From IMG/VR virus record IMGVR_UViG_3300008267_000006, positions 1 to 64,000 of that record: 64,000 bases of DNA. One strand, 5' to 3'. Within the stretch, counting starts at the first letter, position 1, and each line of letters opens with the position of its first letter. Origin of the DNA: a virus. Below are positions 28,512 through 36,749 of the stretch, piece by piece. Below the pieces are notes generated by a model that was given only the letters and a program-made list of their open reading frames with translations, did not search any database and was not told the origin of the DNA. Both the position numbers and the translations under genes were made by a program.

Positions 28512-29463
28512 GCACTATTTTATTCATCCGAATAAAAAGTTCGTCTAAGTTTAGACTTGGGAACCCATCCATTATCATCATCTTTATAAAATCAGTTTTT
28601 CTAAACGTGCATTCACTATTTTGAAGTGTATAAGCTATTTTTTGTGAATCTTGGACAGATATATTTGGTACTGCTAACTGCATTATCTTATAATTTTCTA
28701 TTACTCTATCTTGTTGTTCTAAAATTGTTTTATAAGCTTTTATGTTAGCGTCGGTTTTTTGAGAGAATTCTATAATTTCATCAATAGTGTAACATTTTTC
28801 TTCAGATAAGAAAGGAAATCTCTTAGCTACTGTTGCAAGTCCGACCCCATCAACTCCATCAATGTTATCTGATTTATCTCCAGATAAAGCTCTAGCTAAA
28901 CAGAAATTATTTGGATGAATTCCATATTGTTCAACAATTTTTTTTCTATTTAAAATCTCGTTTTGTACTGGTCTATATAAAATTGTAGAGCTATTACAGA
29001 GCTGTATAAAATCTTTGTCAGATGATACAATAACTTTATTGTAGTCAATAAGTGAATGATGATTGACAATCGCAGAAATTACATCATCTGCTTCTACGCC
29101 ATCTAATAATAGTTGGACGATAGGTAAATTATTTATATATTCAGCAAGCCTTGTCATCTGCCATATTTTATTCTCTATCTCTTCATTTGAGGAGAGGTTA
29201 TGAATGTTTCTATTTAGACGTATTGGCTTGCGTCCATCTTTATAATTTTTATTTAGAATTCTTCTCTTGGAAGAACCACCATTGCCATCCCAACATATAA
29301 CAACTTTATTTGGATTTGTTTCTCTGATCAATTTTTGTAGAATTTTTAAAAAACCAGTTATGCCACCAATAGGCTGACCATTGGTGGAGATACTTGGATC
29401 TACGATGTATGCTCTAAAATAGTTATTATTACCGTCTATTACTAATACTTTTTTTCTGTCCAC
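28498..29463 (-). CDS. 5'-3' exonuclease / flap endonuclease (T4 RNase H, PolI N-domain-like)
   Basis: IDGNN, YKDGR, EADDVI, SSDKDF, GDKSDNIDGVDGVG. Confidence 0.92.
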   Translation of the reverse strand: MDRKKVLVIDGNNNYFRAYIVDPSISTNGQPIGGITGFLKILQKLIRETNPNKVVICWDGNGGSSKRRILNKNYKDGRKPIRLNRNIHNLSSNEEIENKIWQMTRLAEYINNLPIVQLLLDGVEADDVISAIVNHHSLIDYNKVIVSSDKDFIQLCNSSTILYRPVQNEILNRKKIVEQYGIHPNNFCLARALSGDKSDNIDGVDGVGLATVAKRFPFLSEEKCYTIDEIIEFSQKTDANIKAYKTILEQQDRVIENYKIMQLAVPNISVQDSQKIAYTLQNSECTFRKTDFIKMMIMDGFPSLNLDELFIRMNKIVLENC

Positions 29464-29465
29464 AT

Positions 29466-29609
29466 TTACCTCATACACTCGTTTCGGTGTATGTCTCTTT
29501 GAAGAGTATTTTTACAAACAGCAGATTCCTTAATCTCTTCTCTTTCTTTATGATCATGAACAGTTGTAGCACATGAAAAAAGTGTAGTTAATAACATAAA
29601 TTTAAACAT
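29466..29609 (-). CDS. Small putative lipoprotein (47 aa, not in ORF track)
   Basis: MFKFMLLTTLFSC lipobox-like; fills the gap with overlapping start. Confidence 0.5.
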   Translation of the reverse strand: MFKFMLLTTLFSCATTVHDHKEREEIKESAVCKNTLQRDIHRNECMR

Positions 29610-29799
29610 CTTTATCCTCTACAACTTTCCAATATATTGGCATATCTCTAATATCTTCAGCTAATATTGCATTTTTCTCATGAGCTTCTCTATCTGCGTG
29701 TGCTTTATTTATAAATCTAAGAGGGCGCTTATCAAAGCCAACCTCCTTTTCAATTATATTCCCAGTGTATCTAGAAACTAGTACTAAATTATAAATCAT
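29602..29799 (-). CDS. Hypothetical protein
   Basis: Start MIYN after AGGAG. Confidence 0.55.
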   Translation of the reverse strand: MIYNLVLVSRYTGNIIEKEVGFDKRPLRFINKAHADREAHEKNAILAEDIRDMPIYWKVVEDKDV

Positions 29800-29812
29800 T
29801 ACTCTTTTTCTC

Positions 29813-30257
29813 CTAATTAATCTTGTAATATCCAATGCAACTATCATCAATAGTATAGTAGACCTTCTTAACCCCCTGTGCCTCAAGAACAGCATGACAC
29901 ATTGCACAAGGCTTACTCATTCTTTCTTCACCGCTTCCCTTAGCTGCACGGGCTACATAAATAGTCGCGCCACGGGTAACGTGTCGAGGGAGATTCAAGA
30001 GAGAAGCTATCTCCGCATGATATGTGCTATGTCCCTTGCTGTCGGGACGGTACTTTGCACCAACAGAACAATACTTTTCATTATTCACGCCAAGCCCAAG
30101 AATAGAACTTCCGCCACCAACCAAAACGGCTCCGTGGCGGAAGTTACCATAAGTAGAAGAAAGTGCAAGCTTCTTAGCTAACTGAAAGATACCTCCGAAT
30201 CTTCTTAGAAATATCGTTCTTAGAAAGAATCATATCCTGCGGGCCATCGTTATCCAT
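29813..30257 (-). CDS. Zn-dependent cytidine/dCMP deaminase family protein, interrupted by a +1 frameshift near 30185
   Basis: AGGAG-ATG at 30257, 0-frame stop at 30174; +1 frame gives QLAKKLA..RHGAVLV..HAE..PCAMC. Confidence 0.8.
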
Positions 30258-30269
30258 AGTTTTCTCCTG

Positions 30270-30782
30270 TTATGGTGCTACTGTAACATCCTTCATTTTC
30301 ACAGTCAAGCGATTTTTTGCCTCTTCCTCTAGTTTCTTATATTTTTCATTTTTTTGATTTCTACATTCAGGACAAAGAGTTGTAACCCAGCCATCACCAT
30401 TTGGTGAACCATTATTGCTACAGTTCTCACAAATGCTATATGACATAGCCTCTGCCATAGAGATTAAACCATCAATATATTCATCACTATTGTCAACATA
30501 AAATCTTAGACCACCGTATTTTTCTTTTACTTGTGTTGCCTCTAGTTGAGGGTATCGTGGAGTATCTTTTGGAAGATCACCACGATCTATTTTAAACTTA
30601 ATAGAATTATTTTTATTGTTTATATATGACTGTATTTGTTCACATAATTTATAAATAAGATCATACCAGCCATCTCCGCAATCAAACCCCCAACACATAC
30701 ACGTATGAGTCATTGGTAGACTTCTTTGTGCAAAGATTTCTGGGAAATGTAGATATAGTTTTTCTTGAAGTTCTTCACGCAT
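30270..30782 (-). CDS. Phage hypothetical protein with Zn ribbon
   Basis: CGDGW, QVKEKYGGLRFY, CENC..CPEC. Confidence 0.7.
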   Translation of the reverse strand: MREELQEKLYLHFPEIFAQRSLPMTHTCMCWGFDCGDGWYDLIYKLCEQIQSYINNKNNSIKFKIDRGDLPKDTPRYPQLEATQVKEKYGGLRFYVDNSDEYIDGLISMAEAMSYSICENCSNNGSPNGDGWVTTLCPECRNQKNEKYKKLEEEAKNRLTVKMKDVTVAP

Positions 30783-31098
30783 TCTTTTTCCTTTCAGAAA
30801 GAATTTTAATTACTGCAATTAATATGTGTCCAATATCAGACATGCCATTCTTTTTTAGTTTATTTCGTTTATTTTCTTTAAAGCATTTATTGCATGGAAC
30901 ATAATTCCATTTTTGCAATTTTTTTTGATCGCTTTCATCTAGACTATTGAGGACACTTGCGTATGTCCGTCCAGAAATATAACCATCTATACAACAAAAT
31001 GGAATATTTGAATATTCTCCTTCAATTCTATCAATCGCTTCTTGAATAGATTCTATTGCATAATATAGATTTTCTTTTTTTTCTTTAGACTTCGACAT
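30775..31098 (-). CDS. Hypothetical Cys-containing protein
   Basis: IPFCC..YVPCNKC. Confidence 0.55.
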   Translation of the reverse strand: MSKSKEKKENLYYAIESIQEAIDRIEGEYSNIPFCCIDGYISGRTYASVLNSLDESDQKKLQKWNYVPCNKCFKENKRNKLKKNGMSDIGHILIAVIKILSERKKNA

Positions 31099-32014
31099 TA
31101 AACTCCTCTCTTAACTTTAAGACAGCAAGATTTTTAGCTTTTGCTTCAATATCTACATCAACAGAATCATCTTTTATTACAGACAATTGTTGATGTGGAA
31201 TTTGATGAATATATTGTGAGTGTGCTCTACGTTGTGTATAGGAAGCGTTCTCTAAACCAATCTCTGTGTTCGATAGATGCTGTAGTGGTTTAATGTCTCC
31301 CCATGTTTTTATCGATTCCACCATCGCTTGATCCAATCCCATATCACTAGAATCAAAAGACCAATGATGGGTATCGAGCACAAGAGGGCATTTGGTGGCT
31401 CTGCATACACTGAGGAGGGTTGCAACATTATAGCATTTCTCGTCGTTTTCGAGAGTTAATCTTGATTTGACGTTTTCTGGTAAAGTATTTATTACATTAA
31501 TTAGTTGTTCTGATCTGTTTCCTTTTCCTCCATGAATATTGATTGCATAATAAGGCGTATGATCAAAGCCCATTTGGTCAAAAATCCACGCATGATATTC
31601 CAATTCTTTTATAGAATTATTTACAACTGATTGTTTGTCGCTTGAGAGTACTGTGAATTGCCCTGGATGCGTTGTAACCCGAATATCATTGTTTTTAAAC
31701 ATGTCTCCCAAGTCTCTGAGTCGTTTTTTAAGTTCTTGATCGTTTCTTGCATCATCTCCACAGAACTCATAAAGCGGGAGTAAGCTGCTTGACAATCGGA
31801 AAGACTTGATGCGTGCTTTAACGAGGTAAGGTAGAATTCGCACATGTTCTTCGACATTGTTTCGATACGTTTCAATAATTCTTTCTCTTGAGTACTTACC
31901 ATTTTTATATGCCCCTAGTTGAAGTGACCTCTCATCAATAATGTTTTCTAGCACAATTTCGCCATTTTGTTTAGTTCGTGGATTTAACCACTGGCAACAT
32001 ACACCTAAACTCAT
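31085..32014 (-). CDS. uvsE: UV-damage endonuclease
   Basis: FRLSS, THPGQFTVLSS, ELEYH, NIHGG, RLTLENDE, DTHH, HLS, AHS, IEAKAK. Confidence 0.92.
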   Translation of the reverse strand: MSLGVCCQWLNPRTKQNGEIVLENIIDERSLQLGAYKNGKYSRERIIETYRNNVEEHVRILPYLVKARIKSFRLSSSLLPLYEFCGDDARNDQELKKRLRDLGDMFKNNDIRVTTHPGQFTVLSSDKQSVVNNSIKELEYHAWIFDQMGFDHTPYYAINIHGGKGNRSEQLINVINTLPENVKSRLTLENDEKCYNVATLLSVCRATKCPLVLDTHHWSFDSSDMGLDQAMVESIKTWGDIKPLQHLSNTEIGLENASYTQRRAHSQYIHQIPHQQLSVIKDDSVDVDIEAKAKNLAVLKLREEFNVEV

Positions 32015-32029
32015 ATTTAATCCTTGTTA

Positions 32030-32079
32030 AATAAAACTCCCACTCTGGTTAGAGTACCAGAGTGGGATAAATCTGTCAA
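32030..32079 (-). promoter_or_regulatory. Sigma70-like promoter with -10 in a hairpin loop
   Basis: TTGACA(32074-32079)-17-TACTCT(32051-32056); TCCCACTCTGG/CCAGAGTGGGA then GTTTTATTT. Confidence 0.7.
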
Positions 32080-32097
32080 GAGGCTTATATTTTGGAA

Positions 32098-32265
32098 TTA
32101 TTTACTAGCTTTTTTTTCTTTTATTTTTGATTTTATTTTTTGTACTTTTTCTCTTGTTTTTTTCTTACTAAACTCTTCTGCTATTTTTTTAGATTCATAG
32201 CGATTATACAGATATAAACCAGCTATAGCAACAATTGAACTAATAGCTAACAAAAATATTTTCAT
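32098..32265 (-). CDS. Small membrane protein with Lys-rich tail (55 aa, not in ORF track)
   Basis: MKIFLLAISSIVAIAGLYLYNRY...KKASK; GGAG RBS; ACTATTTAT at 32289-32297. Confidence 0.6.
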   Translation of the reverse strand: MKIFLLAISSIVAIAGLYLYNRYESKKIAEEFSKKKTREKVQKIKSKIKEKKASK

Positions 32266-32328
32266 TATTTTATCTCCATTAAAATATTATAAATAGTTAT
32301 AAAATAATTTTTTTGTTATTATGTAATA

Positions 32329-32625
32329 TTAGGCATTGTTTACTTTTTGTAGCAGTGAGCCGTTAAATATACCAAGTTGTGCCATCAAACTAATATATTT
32401 CTCTTGAAATGCATTCATCTCTTCTGATGTCTTTCCTTCTTTTTGCACCATCTCAAAAGATCTATAAATCATAGATTCCATAACTGATGCAATTAGATAT
32501 TTTTCTGAATTGGTGGTCGCTTCTTGAAACATACCTGTTTCTTCCCATTTCTTGATTAGACCATTATTGTCTAGATACTCTTGAACTTTTTCTTCTGTCA
32601 TTTGTTCTTGTACTTCATTATCCAT
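32329..32625 (-). CDS. Protein resembling the major capsid protein N-terminal propeptide
   Basis: LIKKWEETGMF..EK..IA.VME aligns without gaps to MCP LVSKWEKSGLL..QK..MS.LLE. Confidence 0.55.
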   Translation of the reverse strand: MDNEVQEQMTEEKVQEYLDNNGLIKKWEETGMFQEATTNSEKYLIASVMESMIYRSFEMVQKEGKTSEEMNAFQEKYISLMAQLGIFNGSLLQKVNNA

Positions 32626-33772
32626 TTTGTTCTCCCGGGACCATTTGGTCCTCTAGTAATTCACCTTCTAAATTGTAGTAATTTTTTGCATCGCCTTGTC
32701 GTGTATCAAATTTAACAATTACTTCTTCTTCCATTAATTTAAGGACTGCTTTCTTAAATTCTTCTTCTTTCATTAGTTCATTCCAACTTGGACTTTGGAA
32801 TTTTCTTGGTTTTCCAGCCACATCAATTTCGTACCAAGCTCCCATTTGTTTTATAAATGGTTTAATTGAAAGAAAAATACTTTCTTCATCCATAATACCA
32901 ACTTCTGGTGCTCCCCAAAGAATCTTAAAGAAACATTCACGACCTTGAGTTCCAAATCGTGATTTTTCTAGGCGTGCTTTAACTTCTGAGCCAATTCTAT
33001 ATCCACGTTCATCATTTATATAGCTATCATTTTTTCTAACACCAGTCAACCAAATGCGTAGACTATAAGAATATGCAAGTGCTTTTCCGCCTGGAGTTGT
33101 GTATCTTTCTGAATCTGTTAGATACTTGATATTACCTTGTGGGTTAAGGTTTGTTTTAAGTTGGTTTAGGACCAGTAAGGTTGCTTGCTTATTTGCAATA
33201 GGTTGAATTAGCTTTGATAAACCTTTTGATAAAATTCTTGGCTTTACTGCCATAGAAGAGTTTGGATCAAAATCTCCCTCAAGATCATTTTTACTTGGCG
33301 TTAAGGCAACCGAATCCCAAACAAACAAAAACTTATCATCCGTACTCTTTAATAGATCTTCAATAGTTTCAAGAACAAACTCTACGGAGTCAGCTTGAAG
33401 ATAAAGCAAATTTTGTACATCACATCCAGCTTTTTGTAGGAAGTCTGGATCTATGGCACTTTCACTGTCAAAATAAACAACTGATATGCCCATTTTTTGG
33501 GCATTAGCAGCTATTTGCGCTGCCATATAGCTTTTTCCGCTTGCTGTTTCGCCAGCAAGTTCACAAATTTTACCAACAGGAATACCAGCTAGTTTTCCTC
33601 TACAAATAATAGAATCAAGCCAGCGAGAACCAGTAGGAATCCATTCAGTTACTTCTGTTGGATTTGTTTCTTCAAGATCAAAAGCAACTTCTCTTCCTGC
33701 TTTTTTATTAATCAATGCTCTCATGTCGGAGATAGATATTTTTCCAACAGGTGCTACATTTTTTTTAGCCAT
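32618..33772 (-). CDS. recA: RecA/UvsX recombinase
   Basis: IPTGS, GETASGKS, FDSE, WDSVA, LNQL, TPGGKAL. Confidence 0.92.
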   Translation of the reverse strand: MAKKNVAPVGKISISDMRALINKKAGREVAFDLEETNPTEVTEWIPTGSRWLDSIICRGKLAGIPVGKICELAGETASGKSYMAAQIAANAQKMGISVVYFDSESAIDPDFLQKAGCDVQNLLYLQADSVEFVLETIEDLLKSTDDKFLFVWDSVALTPSKNDLEGDFDPNSSMAVKPRILSKGLSKLIQPIANKQATLLVLNQLKTNLNPQGNIKYLTDSERYTTPGGKALAYSYSLRIWLTGVRKNDSYINDERGYRIGSEVKARLEKSRFGTQGRECFFKILWGAPEVGIMDEESIFLSIKPFIKQMGAWYEIDVAGKPRKFQSPSWNELMKEEEFKKAVLKLMEEEVIVKFDTRQGDAKNYYNLEGELLEDQMVPGEQNG

Positions 33773-33784
33773 TATTACTCCTAT

Positions 33785-33824
33785 AAAAAACTGGAAACAA
33801 GCAATGTTCAGCTTGTTTCCAGTT
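33785..33824 (-). terminator. Intrinsic terminator after ssb
   Basis: AACTGGAAACAAGC/GCTTGTTTCCAGTT then T-run; possible TTAACA-17-TATAAC promoter overlaps the 5' arm. Confidence 0.75.
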
Positions 33825-33846
33825 ATACTATACTGGTGTCTAGTTG

Positions 33847-34629
33847 TTAAGAGTCAAGTCCAAGTTCTGCAAACGCATCATCTACTGGATTTGATTTCTT
33901 TGAAGATTTCTCTGCTGGTTTTGCACCAAACTTAACAGTCTCTTCTGAGACTGTCTCTACTTCTTCATCCGTATGATCACCAGCTAGGTATTCGTCTAGA
34001 ATAGACATAACTTCTTGACTGGTCTTGCGTGTATGAACCGTGTTTAGATCTGGTACAGAATCCATGATTTCTTTGCATTGCTGTTCGGAATCACATAGTT
34101 TTGTACTTTTAACGCGTGGGGTGATCTTTGGAACAGCATAAGTTTGACCTTTAGCTTTATTTGCCACAATAGTTAGATCACGACCACCAGAGGCATCAGT
34201 AATATCTTCGTAATCTGGGTTTAGCACATAACCAATTAGATCTTGGTATGCGTTCTTTCCATACCCCCAAACTTTTGCTCCTTCGCCTTCTTCTCCACGA
34301 ACAACAATTGCAGAAAAGAAGCGTTGGCGTGGATTAAACTTTTTAGCCATTTTGGCGCTTTCTTCAGTTTTTTCCTTGTAAAGCTTGCTAGCAAAATCAC
34401 AAGCCGCGCATTGCTCACCAAAGTTCTTCTTTGGGCAAAGGAATCCGCCTTGCTTACTTAGTTCATAGTGAAACCAAAATTCCTTAAATGGATCACCATC
34501 TGGTGATGGTAGAACACGGATATTATGGGTAATTCCCTCTTTAGGACTCCAGAATACAGTAGCCTTCTTAGAAGTTTTCTCAGTTAGAGCTTTTAGTTTT
34601 GCTTGCATTTTTGATACGTCGATAGCCAT
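33847..34629 (-). CDS. Single-stranded DNA-binding protein (gp32-like)
   Basis: IRVLP..DPF..FH, H..C..C..C Zn site, KVWGYG, DIT..GRDL, acidic tail. Confidence 0.85.
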   Translation of the reverse strand: MAIDVSKMQAKLKALTEKTSKKATVFWSPKEGITHNIRVLPSPDGDPFKEFWFHYELSKQGGFLCPKKNFGEQCAACDFASKLYKEKTEESAKMAKKFNPRQRFFSAIVVRGEEGEGAKVWGYGKNAYQDLIGYVLNPDYEDITDASGGRDLTIVANKAKGQTYAVPKITPRVKSTKLCDSEQQCKEIMDSVPDLNTVHTRKTSQEVMSILDEYLAGDHTDEEVETVSEETVKFGAKPAEKSSKKSNPVDDAFAELGLDS

Positions 34630-34675
34630 TTTATTTTCTCCTTGTTGAACGAGAGCCGCTCGTCAACTGTTGTTA

Positions 34676-34706
34676 GACTTCTACCACGGTGTGTAGCAGA
34701 AGTAAA
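34676..34706 (-). promoter_or_regulatory. Sigma70-like promoter overlapping hairpin upstream of ssb
   Basis: TTTACT-17-TAGAAG; stem ACTTCTGCTAC/GTGGTAGAAGT with G-U pairs. Confidence 0.45.
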
Positions 34707-34714
34707 GTGCAAAA

Positions 34715-35539
34715 TTATTCCTGAACTACTTTTGTGTGTGCGACAACATAACAATAATTGTGTTCAGATGTTGTGCCAAATATTTTATACGATACTTTTG
34801 TATTAGAGTTAAGTTTTTCTTTCATTTTTTCTTTTATAGTTTTAAAAATCTTGCCATCTGTTTTTAAGATATTTTCATTTATTACAAAATAATAACACTT
34901 ATCGTCTATATGATTAAAGTCGTAGAACATCTTTTCTGAGTCTTCGTTTATTTCATAAATACCATAAGTAATAATTCTACTAACATCTTTTGGAGGAGTT
35001 GAGTTATCTATTATTGGTTTTTTATTTTTTAAAAAGTCTATGCTTGTATACGTAGAATAAATTAATTTATTTAATGTTTCATAATAACTTAATATTGGAA
35101 TATCGCCAACAATATTTTCTAAATTTTCATTAGAAATAATACAAACATCCTTAAAGACACCTGACCGAGCATATTGCTGAAAAACATTAAATGTGAGCCT
35201 ATCTTGCATTTCTGCAATATTGCTTAATAAGTCTTTTTCTGGTCTTATGTATAATATGGAAATTTGTGTATCTCTATAGTGTTGTAGAATTTTTAAACTT
35301 GCTCCACTTATTTTACCAGATCCACCAATGATAAAAAGAGTTTCTTTTTCGTCACTATATAAGAAGCTTGATAAGTCAGGTAGCTTATTTTCATAATCTT
35401 CTGGGTTAGAATAAACTGGTAGTGAATAGCAATTTTCTCCCTCAATATTGCTATCAATTAGTTTTACTTTACAGTTTTCAACGCCTTCAAACATTTCCGC
35501 TATATTACAACCAGCAGATCCTAACCCAATTATATTCAT
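34715..35539 (-). CDS. Divergent tubulin/FtsZ-family protein
   Basis: IIGLGSAGCNIA; T4-loop-like GGSGKISGAS; IISNE; YETLN. Confidence 0.7.
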   Translation of the reverse strand: MNIIGLGSAGCNIAEMFEGVENCKVKLIDSNIEGENCYSLPVYSNPEDYENKLPDLSSFLYSDEKETLFIIGGSGKISGASLKILQHYRDTQISILYIRPEKDLLSNIAEMQDRLTFNVFQQYARSGVFKDVCIISNENLENIVGDIPILSYYETLNKLIYSTYTSIDFLKNKKPIIDNSTPPKDVSRIITYGIYEINEDSEKMFYDFNHIDDKCYYFVINENILKTDGKIFKTIKEKMKEKLNSNTKVSYKIFGTTSEHNYCYVVAHTKVVQE

Positions 35540-35540
35540 A

Positions 35541-36749
35541 TCATACCTTTAGTTTCAATTTTTTCATATTACCAAAATCTTTTCCAGCTTTTACATTAAC
35601 TAAAAATTTACCATATTGTGTATCTTGAAGAATATTAATTATATCTATAATATCTTTTTTTTCACTATCTTTTACATCAAGCACAAACTCATCATGTAAC
35701 AAAAATGATACAAAAGAATTTTTATTTTTTAAATATTCTTTCACTTTTAACACTTGTCTATGAAAAAGATCAATAAAAGTACTTTGATTTAAATGAGAAA
35801 TTGCATTATGTGAATCGCTTTCTATCTTTCTATGGAAAGGAGTATATACGTACTGTCCATCCCAATATTTGTTTAATAGTTTTTCTTTCTCAAATAATTT
35901 ATTTAATTCATTTTTATATAGCAGAGCTTTTGGATTATTTGAATTATACAGCCAAGAAGTAACTATTGCCTTTGTTTCGCTTCTCGACAACGAAGAAGAA
36001 AAAACATCACGCCTTATTTTTTCATGCAAATCTTCATCCGCTTGCAAATTTCCATTTAAAGCAAGAGATGTTCTCAACTCTGCTGCATTCATATCGAACG
36101 ATACAAACCAATCATTTGTTGGTTTTAGCATGTCTCTAAAAACTCTAGGAAACGTCTGTATTGGAAAACTATTTTTTTCTGTTGTAAGTCTGCCAGTAAC
36201 TGATCCGAACATATTATAATCAATACTCTTTTTAAGTTTTAAAAGTTTTCTATAGTATTCTAAAGCTCTTGGTTCACCAAATTTAAGCTTTAAACGTTCC
36301 ATATCTAGATTTAATTCTTGTTCGCTTATATCTCCCAGCAACTCAATAAAGTTTTTATAAAAGTCATATTCTTTTGGTTTTTCAAAATTTTGGAAAACAT
36401 GTTCCGAGATTTTGTTTTTTAAATCATAATATCTACAAAGAAAAGTTTGTGGTGTTAAATCAAAAAAACAATTTTCTTCAAGAGAAACTTTTGATTCAAT
36501 GAAAGACGAAACAAAAGCTTTCATTTTTTTATTAATATGACTCCAATCACTCTTTAAATAATCAGGACAAACTTCTTCTAATGATTTTCCATTACAGTAA
36601 ATCTCTGCATATTCAATATTTTTATCTTTTAAGTGGGCTGAATAAGACCATGTTTTTGTTAAATTAACTGGTATATTCGCAAAATAGAGCTTTCCATCTG
36701 CAAAGATACCAGCGCAATCTTTTTTGGAATCTAATGTCTGGAATAGCAT
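35541..36749 (-). CDS. Compact family A DNA polymerase-like protein
   Basis: TGRL, FDMNAAELR (A), RSETK..WLY (B), LHDEF (C). Confidence 0.78.
   Translation of the reverse strand: MLFQTLDSKKDCAGIFADGKLYFANIPVNLTKTWSYSAHLKDKNIEYAEIYCNGKSLEEVCPDYLKSDWSHINKKMKAFVSSFIESKVSLEENCFFDLTPQTFLCRYYDLKNKISEHVFQNFEKPKEYDFYKNFIELLGDISEQELNLDMERLKLKFGEPRALEYYRKLLKLKKSIDYNMFGSVTGRLTTEKNSFPIQTFPRVFRDMLKPTNDWFVSFDMNAAELRTSLALNGNLQADEDLHEKIRRDVFSSSLSRSETKAIVTSWLYNSNNPKALLYKNELNKLFEKEKLLNKYWDGQYVYTPFHRKIESDSHNAISHLNQSTFIDLFHRQVLKVKEYLKNKNSFVSFLLHDEFVLDVKDSEKKDIIDIINILQDTQYGKFLVNVKAGKDFGNMKKLKLKV

Noticed and set aside
29813-30124. Deaminase starting at TTG 30124 as in the ORF track
   Set aside because: Would lack the N-terminal helix and RHGAV strand and has no good RBS; the ATG at 30257 has AGGAG
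34715-35539. Calling this a nucleus-forming phage because of the tubulin-like gene
   Set aside because: No chimallin or phage RNAP subunits are recognisable, and the virion genes are T4-like
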